Positions 27,788-37,430 of a DNA stretch of 64,000 bases are shown here, piece after piece. Each line of letters opens with the position of its first letter. Position 1 is the stretch's first letter. The position numbers and the translations under genes were made by a program. Source of the stretch: Desulfuromonas sp. (GTDB taxonomy: Bacteria; Desulfobacterota; Desulfuromonadia; Desulfuromonadales; BM501); NCBI RefSeq assembly GCF_002868845.1, contig NZ_PKUB01000044.1, forward strand, positions 32,041-96,040. The letters run 5' to 3'. Under the pieces are notes generated by a model. That model did not search any database, was not told the DNA's origin, and worked only from the letters and a program-made list of their open reading frames with translations.

Positions 27788-28792
27788 CTACTCGCCCCGC
27801 AAGGACCGCCGCCCCTGCCGGGAGGCCTCGGCGTTGCGTTCCAGGGAGATCGCCCCGCCGTCGCCGCCGCCGGCCGGGTAGATCTCCCGCCGGTACCCGC
27901 CGTAGCTCTCCATGCGCAGGTGGCCCAGCATGTCGTGCCCCCGCCGCCGCTGCCGCTCGGCGCGCAGGGCCGCCAGATCGACGGGGCCGACCACGATCCG
28001 CTCGCCCCCGCCGGCTTCGGCCTGGGAGAGGATACGGCCGTCGTAATCGACCACCATGCTGCCCCCCGGCCAGCTGAAGGGCGGGTAATTGCCGAGGCTG
28101 GCGCCCTGGTTGCAGGCGACGACGCAGGCCGCGTTCTCGAGGGCGCGGGTGCGGTTGACCAGGGTCCACCAGTCCATCGGTGCGGCGGTGCCCCAGGGGT
28201 CCATGTAGGCCGAGACCCGCACCAGCACCTCGGCGCCCTTCAGGGCCAGCTGCCGGATCGCCTCGGGGAAGAGCCAGTCGTAGCAGATCGCCGCGCCGAT
28301 CTTGCCGATGGGGGTGTCGGCGACAGGCCAGATGTCGTCGTCGTAGCCGCTCAGGTCGTGGGGGCTGGTATGCACCTCCCAGGGGACCCAGGGGTGGACC
28401 TTGCGGTATTTCGCCACGATGCCCTCGGGGCCGATAAGGCAGGTGGTGTTGAAGACGTGGCCGGGCCACCGCGCGTCCTTCTCGAGAAAGGTGCCGGTCT
28501 GGATGTAGATATCCAACTCCCTGGCCTTGTCGTGGTAGCGGGCGGTGTGCTCGTTGGGGATGGGGACGGCGAGCTTGTCGTGCAGTTCCGCGGCGGTGGG
28601 ATAGATCGGGGCGGCATGGGCGAACTCGGGGAAGACGACGAGCTTGACGTCGAAAAAGGGCTCGTAGCCTCCGACGGCCTGATCGACCATGGCGAGCATC
28701 TTGTCGACGCGGCCGGCGATCTCGTCCCTCCCGGCCGGGTTGGGCATGTCGGTCTGGCACAGGGCGACGTAGTAGCGGTCGAGGTTTTCCAT
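27788..28792 (-). CDS. Carbon-nitrogen hydrolase (aliphatic amidase/formamidase-like)
   Basis: An E-K-C triad context is present: VVFPEF, KYRKVHPW and AAICYDWLFPE. Confidence 0.8.
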   Translation of the reverse strand: MENLDRYYVALCQTDMPNPAGRDEIAGRVDKMLAMVDQAVGGYEPFFDVKLVVFPEFAHAAPIYPTAAELHDKLAVPIPNEHTARYHDKARELDIYIQTGTFLEKDARWPGHVFNTTCLIGPEGIVAKYRKVHPWVPWEVHTSPHDLSGYDDDIWPVADTPIGKIGAAICYDWLFPEAIRQLALKGAEVLVRVSAYMDPWGTAAPMDWWTLVNRTRALENAACVVACNQGASLGNYPPFSWPGGSMVVDYDGRILSQAEAGGGERIVVGPVDLAALRAERQRRRGHDMLGHLRMESYGGYRREIYPAGGGDGGAISLERNAEASRQGRRSLRGE

Positions 28793-29148
28793 GATCGGTC
28801 ATTCCTTGTTCTAACAGGGGGATCGAATACAGGAGGCCTATTTAACCACAGACGAGGCGCTTTGGGTGGAATTTTTATTCGCTGGCGGGGGGCCTCGGCG
28901 GCAGCAGATGGGCCGGGGGAGGACTGGTCTGTTTCCCGACCATACGCCGAACCGGGTGACCCCGCGATGGCTCTTGGCGCGGGTCTTTAGGCTTTGGGAT
29001 TTTTCTCATTCATGGTTATACTTTTCAAAAGGGGGCCAAGCGCATCGACACCTCGCAGCTCAAAAAAACCATACTCTTTCTGCCCGTCGCTCTCCTGACG
29101 GGAACCCTCGCCCTCGCCGCCGGCGGTCCGCCGTCAGGCCTCGACTGG

Positions 29149-30801
29149 GTGCAGATGACCACCGGCCTGTTCGGCGGACTGGCCCTGTTCCTCTTCGGCA
29201 TGGAGCAGATGACCGAGGCCCTCAAGGCGGTGGCCGGCACGCGGATGAAGGAGGTCCTCGGCCGGCTGACCACCAACCGCCTCAGCGGGGCCTTCACCGG
29301 AGCGCTGGTCACGGCGGTGATCCAGTCGTCGTCGGTGACGACGGTGCTGGTCGTCGGTTTCGTTTCCGCCGGGGTGATGACCCTCACCCAGTCGGTGGGG
29401 GTCATCATGGGGGCCAACATCGGCACCACAATCACCGCCCAGGTCATCGCCTTCAAAATCACCAAACTGGCCCTGGTTTTCATCGCCGCCGGGTTCGCCG
29501 TCGACTTCTTCTCCCGCCAGGAGACCGTCCGCCGCTACGGCACCATCGTCTTCGGACTGGGGCTGATCTTTTTCGGCATGAACATCATGGGCGAGGCGAT
29601 GGGGCCGCTGCGCAACTATCCCCCCTTCATCGAACTGATGCAGGGCATGGCCCGCCCCGGCCTCGGCATCGTCTGCGGCGCCCTGTTCACGGCCCTGGTG
29701 CAGTCCTCATCGGCGACCACGGGGATCGTCGTGGTCATGGCGAGCCAGGGTTTCATCACCCTGCCCGCCGGGATCGCACTGGCCCTCGGGGCCAACATCG
29801 GCACCTGCGTGACGGCCCTGCTGGCGGCCCTCGGCAAGAGCCGGCCGGCCCTGCGCGCCGCGGCGGTCCACGTGGTATTCAATCTCCTGGGTGCGCTCCT
29901 TTGGCTGGGAGGCATCGACCAGCTCGCGGCGCTGGCGACCCAGATCTCGCCGCAGCACGTCGCCCTGCAGGGCCTGGAACGCCTGGCCGCTGAGACGCCG
30001 CGGCAGATCGCCAATGCCAACACCCTGTTCAACGTCCTCAACACCCTGCTCTTCATCGGTTTCGCCGTGCCAATGACCCGCCTGGTCACCTGGATCTTCC
30101 CCGCCCGGGAGCCCGATGCGGCAAGGGTCATCATCTCCCCCAGGTTCCTCGACGACGAGTTGATCGATACCCCTGCCATGGCCCTGAACGTGGCGCGACT
30201 CGAGGTGGGCCACCTGGGAGAGCAGGTGCTGAAGATGATGATGCTGGCCCAGCACGCCATTCATGCGAGGGATGAGTCCCTGCTGCAGGAACTCGAGAAG
30301 CAGGACGATGCCGCCGACATCCTCTACGCGGAGATCAATGCCTACCTCAACCGGGTCGGAAAGCAGACCCTTTCCGAGGAGGAGAGCCAGGACTACTATC
30401 GCATCAGCCAGGCCAACGGGTATCTGGAGGGGATCGGTGACGTCCTCGAGAGCGACCTGGCCGCCCTGGGGCGCAAGATCATCCGGGAGAACCTGCAGCC
30501 GAGTGAAACCATGCAGCTCCTGCTGACGGACCTGCTGGAGGGGGTGTTCCGGGGAGTGGGAAAGGCGGTCCAGACCGTGACGGAAAATGACCAGAAGGCC
30601 GCGCAGGAGGTCATCTCCCTGAGGAGCGAGATCAACCGGCGGGTGACGGCCGCCAACGAACGCCAGGCGCAGAGCCTGGCCGAGAGCGGGGAAGCGCGCC
30701 TGGCCACCCTCAACGTCGAGTTCGAACTGACCGACAAGCTCAAGCGGATCTACTCCCTGAGCAAGCGCATCGCCCGGCTCTGGGTCCCCAGCGAGGTCTG
30801 A
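29149..30801 (+). CDS. Na/Pi cotransporter family protein with a C-terminal PhoU-like domain
   Basis: GGLALFLFGMEQMTEAL and VIQSSSVTTVLVVGF, with a second repeat LVQSSSATTGIVV. The true start may lie upstream (see finding). Confidence 0.85.
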   Translation: MQMTTGLFGGLALFLFGMEQMTEALKAVAGTRMKEVLGRLTTNRLSGAFTGALVTAVIQSSSVTTVLVVGFVSAGVMTLTQSVGVIMGANIGTTITAQVIAFKITKLALVFIAAGFAVDFFSRQETVRRYGTIVFGLGLIFFGMNIMGEAMGPLRNYPPFIELMQGMARPGLGIVCGALFTALVQSSSATTGIVVVMASQGFITLPAGIALALGANIGTCVTALLAALGKSRPALRAAAVHVVFNLLGALLWLGGIDQLAALATQISPQHVALQGLERLAAETPRQIANANTLFNVLNTLLFIGFAVPMTRLVTWIFPAREPDAARVIISPRFLDDELIDTPAMALNVARLEVGHLGEQVLKMMMLAQHAIHARDESLLQELEKQDDAADILYAEINAYLNRVGKQTLSEEESQDYYRISQANGYLEGIGDVLESDLAALGRKIIRENLQPSETMQLLLTDLLEGVFRGVGKAVQTVTENDQKAAQEVISLRSEINRRVTAANERQAQSLAESGEARLATLNVEFELTDKLKRIYSLSKRIARLWVPSEV

Positions 30802-31109
30802 GCCGGCAATTTCATTCCACATCCTCCCGGTTAGCCAGCCCCTGTTCCTCGGAACTGGCCAGCAGACGCACCAGCCGTCGGCCCGTTTCGAACTCCCAAT
30901 CGAAGCAGACAGGTAACACAGCTTATGATGGGTCGGACGCGAGTTCACTGCAACCGCACGAAATATCTTCGAGAAAAAGCCGGGAAAGATGTGATTCTCT
31001 CCCGGCTTTGAGCGTCTGTGCGGTGAATACAGGGAGAAAAGGGGCAAGCTTTTGGCACCAGCAAACTGGGAGTTTCAGATCGGCCGCAAAACAGCCGGAA
31101 TCGTAGTCC

Positions 31110-31646
31110 TCAAGGCGCGGGTAGTTTTTCCAAGTATCCGTTCAGCACCACCCTTACCTCGTCACTCAAAGACGTGGCATCGGCTGGCCATTCCACTGTC
31201 AAATAGGCGTCCCCATTCGTATCCAAAATGTCATCGATTGCGCAGGCCGTCCTGAAATGAAAGGATTGCTGAGAAACAGTACCATCGTCCGCAGCACACC
31301 ATTGGTTAACAAAGGGAGGAAAAACCAAGGTCATGCGACTTCTCCCTTGGCTATCTCTTTTCGCTATAAAAATCGAAGCAGGTGGCGACGGGGACAAAGA
31401 ATTAGCGTGCTTCATCAAAAGCCCCGATACGCTCTGGATTATGAATCGGTATCCCGATGGTACGGTTATAGGTGTGCTGGTAATATCATAGGGGACTCCC
31501 GAGCTAGGAGCGGCTTGCAGTTGAATGCAGTGGGGGGTAGCGCCCGCACTAGACGAGGAAAAGGAATTTTTGGCCCCCGCATCCAACACCCAGGGACCGG
31601 CCGACAGGGCCAACAACGCCAGCGAAAACACCAATAATTTTTTCAT
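31110..31646 (-). CDS. Small secreted hypothetical protein
   Basis: The internal start MKKLLVFSLALLALSAGPWVLDA looks like a signal peptide and has a GGAGAAAAAG Shine-Dalgarno. It lies in a locally lower-GC patch. Confidence 0.5.
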   Translation of the reverse strand: MKKLLVFSLALLALSAGPWVLDAGAKNSFSSSSAGATPHCIQLQAAPSSGVPYDITSTPITVPSGYRFIIQSVSGLLMKHANSLSPSPPASIFIAKRDSQGRSRMTLVFPPFVNQWCAADDGTVSQQSFHFRTACAIDDILDTNGDAYLTVEWPADATSLSDEVRVVLNGYLEKLPAP

Positions 31647-32059
31647 CTTTTTCTCCTTTCGCGAAATCAGAAATTTTTTCAATTGACACCAACCCCCTCG
31701 CCCCAAACTCCCTGGCTTGACAAACTCTCATCCTCAAGCCATCCACCGATTCCATGGTTCTCGGCCACAGGGTTCCATAGCCTCGTTTTCCCAATCCACC
31801 TGCCGTCTCTGGATTTCCCTACTTTCCTTGCATGGCTGTCCCTGTCCGCACGACGCAAAACAGTCTCCCGGACGCCTTTGAGCAGGCACTTTCGAACAGG
31901 TATATCAACATTCAACCAATTGTAAACAAGCTCTAACATTAACCACAAAACCCGACCACATCACTCTTCAAATTGCCTACGGAACATGCGCCGCCCATAC
32001 GAAAAAAGGAGCCTGAAACAACTCCAGCTCCCAACTATCAAGCATTTGAGGTTTTGGCA

Positions 32060-32096
32060 TAAAAAAGCCCCGCTCCGGAGGAGGCCGAAGAGCGGG
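32060..32096 (-). terminator. Rho-independent terminator after the DASS transporter gene
   Basis: Stem ccccgctc (32067-32074) pairs with gagcgggg (32089-32096), followed on the minus strand by CTTTTTTAT. A second hairpin ggcccgg/ccgggcc lies at 32102-32120. Confidence 0.6.
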
Positions 32097-32140
32097 GCGA
32101 AAGGCCCGGGGAAACCGGGCCGAAAAGGGATGCGGGTTTT

Positions 32141-33886
32141 CTAGGGGGTCAGCACGGTGGCCCAGGCGGGCAACTGGTCGATAACCACGTCGAACACCGG
32201 GATGACCAGGACGTAGGTGACAACCACGGTGAAAACGATGCCGATAACGTTGAGGCCGAAGCCGCTCCTGACCATCTGGGGAATGGTCACGTAACCCGAG
32301 CCGAAGACAATGGCGTTGGGCGGGGTGGCCACCGGCAGCATGAACGCGCAGGAGGCGGCGATGGCGGCCGGCACCACGAGTAGCAGAGGGCTCTGGCCGA
32401 GGCCGATGGCGACCGCGGAGAGGATCGGCATGACCATCGCGGCGGTGGCCGTATTGCTGGTCAACTCGGTGAGGAAGATGATCAGGGTGGCCACCGCGAT
32501 GATCAGTACCAGGATCGGAGCCCCCTCGAGCAGACCGACTTGGCTGCCGACCCAGTCGGCGAGCTTTGTCTGCTTGAAGCCTGCGGCCATGGCCAGGCCG
32601 CCGCCGAAGAGGATCAGGACACCCCAGGGCATCTTGCTCGCCCAGTGCCAGTTCATGACGAATTCGTTCTTCTTCATGTTGATGGGAATGAGAAAGAGCA
32701 GAATGGCGCCGGTCATGGCGATGGCGGCGTCGGTGACCAGTTTCGGGTCGGTGAAGAGAAAACCGAGCTGCTTGCGGAAAATCCAGCCGAGGGCGGTGAG
32801 ACCGAAGACGAGGGCGGTCCACCGCTCGCCGGAATTCATCGATCCCATCTGGCGAAGCTCCTGGTTGATGAGATCGCGGCCACCAGGAACCCGCTTGAGC
32901 TTCATGGGGTTGGCGACCCTTGTCAGCCACAGCCAGCAGATAGGCAGCAGCACGGCGGCAATGGGGACGCCGACCATCATCCAGGTGGCGAAGGTGATCT
33001 CGAAGCCGTAGGTCTTCTGCAGATAGCCGGCCAGCACCGTGTTGGGCGGGGTTCCGATCAGGGTGGCGACCCCCCCGATCGAGGCGGCGTAGGCGATGCC
33101 GAGCATCAGGTTGAGGCCGAAGGCGAACTTGTCGGGGGCGAAATCGATCTCCTTGTCGAGCCCCTCCTTCTTCCCCTCCTCCACGACGTGGCTGATGATC
33201 GCCAGGCCGATCGGCATCATCATGACCGTGGTCGCGGTGTTGGAGACGAAGGCGGAGAGGGCCCCGGTGGCGACCATGAACCCGAAGATCAGCCGCCCCG
33301 GGGAGAAGCCGACCGCCCGGACGATGTTCATGGCGATGCGGCGGTGCAGATTCCAGCGCTGCATGGACAGGGCGATGATGAAGCCCCCCATGAAGAGGAA
33401 GATCAAGTGACTGGCGTAGGGGGCCGTCGCCGCCTTGGTATGCATGATCCCGAGCAGGGGAAAGAGGGCGATGGGCAGAAGGCTGGTCGCCGGAATGGGA
33501 ATCGACTCGCACATCCACCAGGTGGCCATCAGCAGGGCGACGGCGGCCATCTTCTGCGCGGAGGGCTCCATGCCGGGCGGAACCGGAATACTTAGCATCA
33601 GCACGAATAGCAGTGGGCCGAGCCACAACCCGACCTTCTGACGGGTGGTGTACTCCCGGGGCTCGCCCTCCTCCACCCCGCCGGGGCCGGTCTGGATGCG
33701 CTGGGTGTGCTCGGCGGGCGCCTCGTCCATCTTGTCGGCGATATCCACCTCATGCTCCTGGCTGCCCTCTCTCAGGGCCAGGTTGTTGTCCCGGGCATTG
33801 CGAAGCAGGTCTTTGGGACGAAAGAGGAAAAGTCCCCTGGTCTCCTCACTCATCTGCCAAAGTCGGTTCCATACGGCGGCGATCAT
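32141..33886 (-). CDS. DASS/SLC13-family anion:sodium symporter with a roughly 100-aa N-terminal extension
   Basis: LLMATWWMCESIPIPATSLLPIALFPLLGI and the second-half motif ELTSNTATAAMVMPI. The start chosen is M25 of the track ORF, which has a GGAAGGAG Shine-Dalgarno 8 nt upstream. Confidence 0.85.
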   Translation of the reverse strand: MIAAVWNRLWQMSEETRGLFLFRPKDLLRNARDNNLALREGSQEHEVDIADKMDEAPAEHTQRIQTGPGGVEEGEPREYTTRQKVGLWLGPLLFVLMLSIPVPPGMEPSAQKMAAVALLMATWWMCESIPIPATSLLPIALFPLLGIMHTKAATAPYASHLIFLFMGGFIIALSMQRWNLHRRIAMNIVRAVGFSPGRLIFGFMVATGALSAFVSNTATTVMMMPIGLAIISHVVEEGKKEGLDKEIDFAPDKFAFGLNLMLGIAYAASIGGVATLIGTPPNTVLAGYLQKTYGFEITFATWMMVGVPIAAVLLPICWLWLTRVANPMKLKRVPGGRDLINQELRQMGSMNSGERWTALVFGLTALGWIFRKQLGFLFTDPKLVTDAAIAMTGAILLFLIPINMKKNEFVMNWHWASKMPWGVLILFGGGLAMAAGFKQTKLADWVGSQVGLLEGAPILVLIIAVATLIIFLTELTSNTATAAMVMPILSAVAIGLGQSPLLLVVPAAIAASCAFMLPVATPPNAIVFGSGYVTIPQMVRSGFGLNVIGIVFTVVVTYVLVIPVFDVVIDQLPAWATVLTP

Positions 33887-33953
33887 GGTCTCTATTCTCC
33901 TTCCACAGGGCACTTTGAAGCTCAGGCCGGTTTCGATACAGCATTTGCAACTT

Positions 33954-33969
33954 AGCAACAGCGGTTCCA
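33954..33969 (-). promoter_or_regulatory. Sigma54 promoter TGGAAC-N5-TTGCT
   Basis: The reverse complement of 33951-33970 reads CTGGAACCGCTGTTGCTAAG, with exact GG-N10-GC spacing. It lies 68 nt upstream of the ATG at 33886. Confidence 0.55.
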
Positions 33970-34052
33970 GTAGCCTGTCCTAAAACGGTTGCCGAAGGGA
34001 GATGCCGACATGCCTGGCGCTATTTCAATCACTTGTCACAGCAAATATTTTC

Positions 34053-34077
34053 GAATTTAAAATAAAGTTTTAAATTC
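34053..34077. promoter_or_regulatory. Perfect 10-bp inverted repeat GAATTTAAAA-N5-TTTTAAATTC, a candidate enhancer or IHF site
   Basis: Read directly from the sequence. It lies about 85-120 nt upstream of the sigma54 promoter in an AT-rich stretch. Confidence 0.4.
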
Positions 34078-34102
34078 ACCCTTTCTTTTTCGGGTGAAAA
34101 AC

Positions 34103-34133
34103 AAAAAAAAGCGGCCAAATTCGGCCGCTTTTT
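34103..34133 (-). terminator. Rho-independent, potentially bidirectional terminator after the sigma54 regulator gene
   Basis: aaaaaaaa-GCGGCC-aaattc-GGCCGC-ttttt. The hairpin is flanked by an A-run and a T-run. Confidence 0.6.
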
Positions 34134-34199
34134 CCCATTTTTCGCACAGAAGCCCGAGAGCCCCCCTTTCGCCTTGCGGTTTACCGCCAGGCCCTTTTC

Positions 34200-35588
<1,389 letters not shown>

Positions 35589-35795
35589 GAACTCTCTCCA
35601 GGGGCAGGACAGGGAGGGCATTCGGCTTCAAAAAGAAATATGGTTATATATTATGCCTTGCCGGGACTCGGGACAAGTCCAAAACGGTGAATTTTGGCCA
35701 TACTCCAACTATCAAGGCCCAAAACTAAGCTCCCAGGAGGAACAGGTGGCGGAAAAAGGCCGAAACAGCCGGAAAGAAGTGGCCCTGCCCTCTCC

Positions 35796-37430
35796 CTAGG
35801 GGGAGACCGCCCCGAGGGGAACCCGGCAAGGGCGATTCTCAAGAAAATAAGCCAGGTCGGCTTTCAGCAGGTCGAGCGGCGGCCCTGCCACACCCGATTC
35901 TCCGGCGATGGAAATGGAGCGCTCCTGCCACTCCGCGGCCTCATCGCACCGGCCGGATTCGGCGAGAGCCATGGCGACGGTACAGGCGTGCCGGTACTCG
36001 GACCGGGACTGGAACGCGCTTTTCGCCAGATCCGTGGCCCGCGCCCCGTCGCGCAGGCTCGGCTCAGGGGAAGCGGCCAGGTGGCGGGCAAGGGCATGCT
36101 TGACGACGCCGTTGTTCGGCGACCGGGAATGGGCTTCCTCCAGGACCTTCACCGCGTCCCCGTGCTGCCCGGCCCTTGAGCACAACTTGCTCATTTCGAG
36201 CCACCCCGAAGTCTGGCTCGGCTCGAGCCTCACCGAAACCTTGTAGCGCTCAAAGGCCTCGGCTAACCGGCCGCTGTCCCTCAGGGTGTCGGCCAGAACC
36301 AGCTGCACTTCGGCGTCTTCCGGGGTCTTCTCGACAACGAGGCGCAGGTGGTCAAGGGCTCTCTCGTGCTCGCCCAAATGGGCAAGAAGGGTTCCGAGGT
36401 TGTAGTGCGCCGTTTCGCTCTCCGGCGCGAGCCGGACCGCCTCCTGCAGCTGAGCGACGGCTTCCCGGTACTTCCGCTCCTTGACCAGGGCGCTGGCCAG
36501 ATTGATCCGGGCCCCGTGGCGACCGGGATCCGCGTCGACCGCCTTTTGAAACTCGGCGGCCGCCTCGGCATAGCGCTCCGCCCCATAGGCGCGCTGGCCG
36601 ACCAGCAGGTGAATCTGGTAGCCGGTTACGAGCTCGTCAAGCTGTCTTTTCAGGGGGTCCGGGGGCTGGATACCGACGATCCCCTTGAGGGCGAGGTGAG
36701 CGCGGGCCTTCTCGTACTCCCCCAGCCCCCGGTAGGCCATGGCCAGGGGATAATGGAGCTTGTTGACCGAGGGCCCTTTGGAAAGAGCGGTTTCCAGAAA
36801 TTCGATGGCTTCCCGGTAGCGTTTTTGCTCGAGCGCCACTTCCCCCAGTCTGGCCAGAACGGCCGGCCCCTCCGGATTCAGCGCAAAAGCCTCCTCGAAA
36901 GCCTTCCTCGCCTCGGCAAGCCGCCCGAGACTGCGATGGCATTCTCCCATGCGAATCAGGAGGAGATAGGAATATTCGCTGCCGACCAGTTCCTCCTGGA
37001 AAAGCCGGAGCGCTTCGTCGTAGCGGCCGATCGACTGGAGAAGATAGCCCAGATTGTACCTCCACCCGAACAGCTCAGGGTCCAGAATCCCCGCATTGCG
37101 GTAGCAGGACTCCGCCGCCCCGTTCATCTCGTAAGCGTGGTAAAGCCGGCCGAGCTCCAGGTAAGCGCGGCCATATTGTCCGCGCCCGGCAAGCATCGCG
37201 TCGAAGCTTTTCCGGAGCATCTCCCGCGCCTCGCCGACCTGGTCGCGAACCGCCTTTTCGAGCGGTTCCAGATCGGGGACGGGGACCGGCACCAGGCCCA
37301 TTTCGCCCCTCACCTTCCGGGCGATTTCAGCGCCACCGTCCTCCTGGGCACGGGCCGTGAAAACCGGCGGCACGAGGCAGAAGGCGCACGGGATCAGCAA
37401 ACAAGAGATAAGTCGGCAATACCTGTTCAT
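35796..37430 (-). CDS. Exported TPR-repeat protein
   Basis: Signal peptide ISCLLIPCAFCLVPPVFTARA. Many TPR-like A/Y/L repeats. The start overlaps the upstream stop in an ATGA overlap. Confidence 0.8.
   Translation of the reverse strand: MNRYCRLISCLLIPCAFCLVPPVFTARAQEDGGAEIARKVRGEMGLVPVPVPDLEPLEKAVRDQVGEAREMLRKSFDAMLAGRGQYGRAYLELGRLYHAYEMNGAAESCYRNAGILDPELFGWRYNLGYLLQSIGRYDEALRLFQEELVGSEYSYLLLIRMGECHRSLGRLAEARKAFEEAFALNPEGPAVLARLGEVALEQKRYREAIEFLETALSKGPSVNKLHYPLAMAYRGLGEYEKARAHLALKGIVGIQPPDPLKRQLDELVTGYQIHLLVGQRAYGAERYAEAAAEFQKAVDADPGRHGARINLASALVKERKYREAVAQLQEAVRLAPESETAHYNLGTLLAHLGEHERALDHLRLVVEKTPEDAEVQLVLADTLRDSGRLAEAFERYKVSVRLEPSQTSGWLEMSKLCSRAGQHGDAVKVLEEAHSRSPNNGVVKHALARHLAASPEPSLRDGARATDLAKSAFQSRSEYRHACTVAMALAESGRCDEAAEWQERSISIAGESGVAGPPLDLLKADLAYFLENRPCRVPLGAVSP

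Noticed and set aside
31053-31068. A perfect TGGCAC hexamer on the plus strand
   Set aside because: No TTGC/TGC element follows at the required distance, and there is no plus-strand gene downstream.
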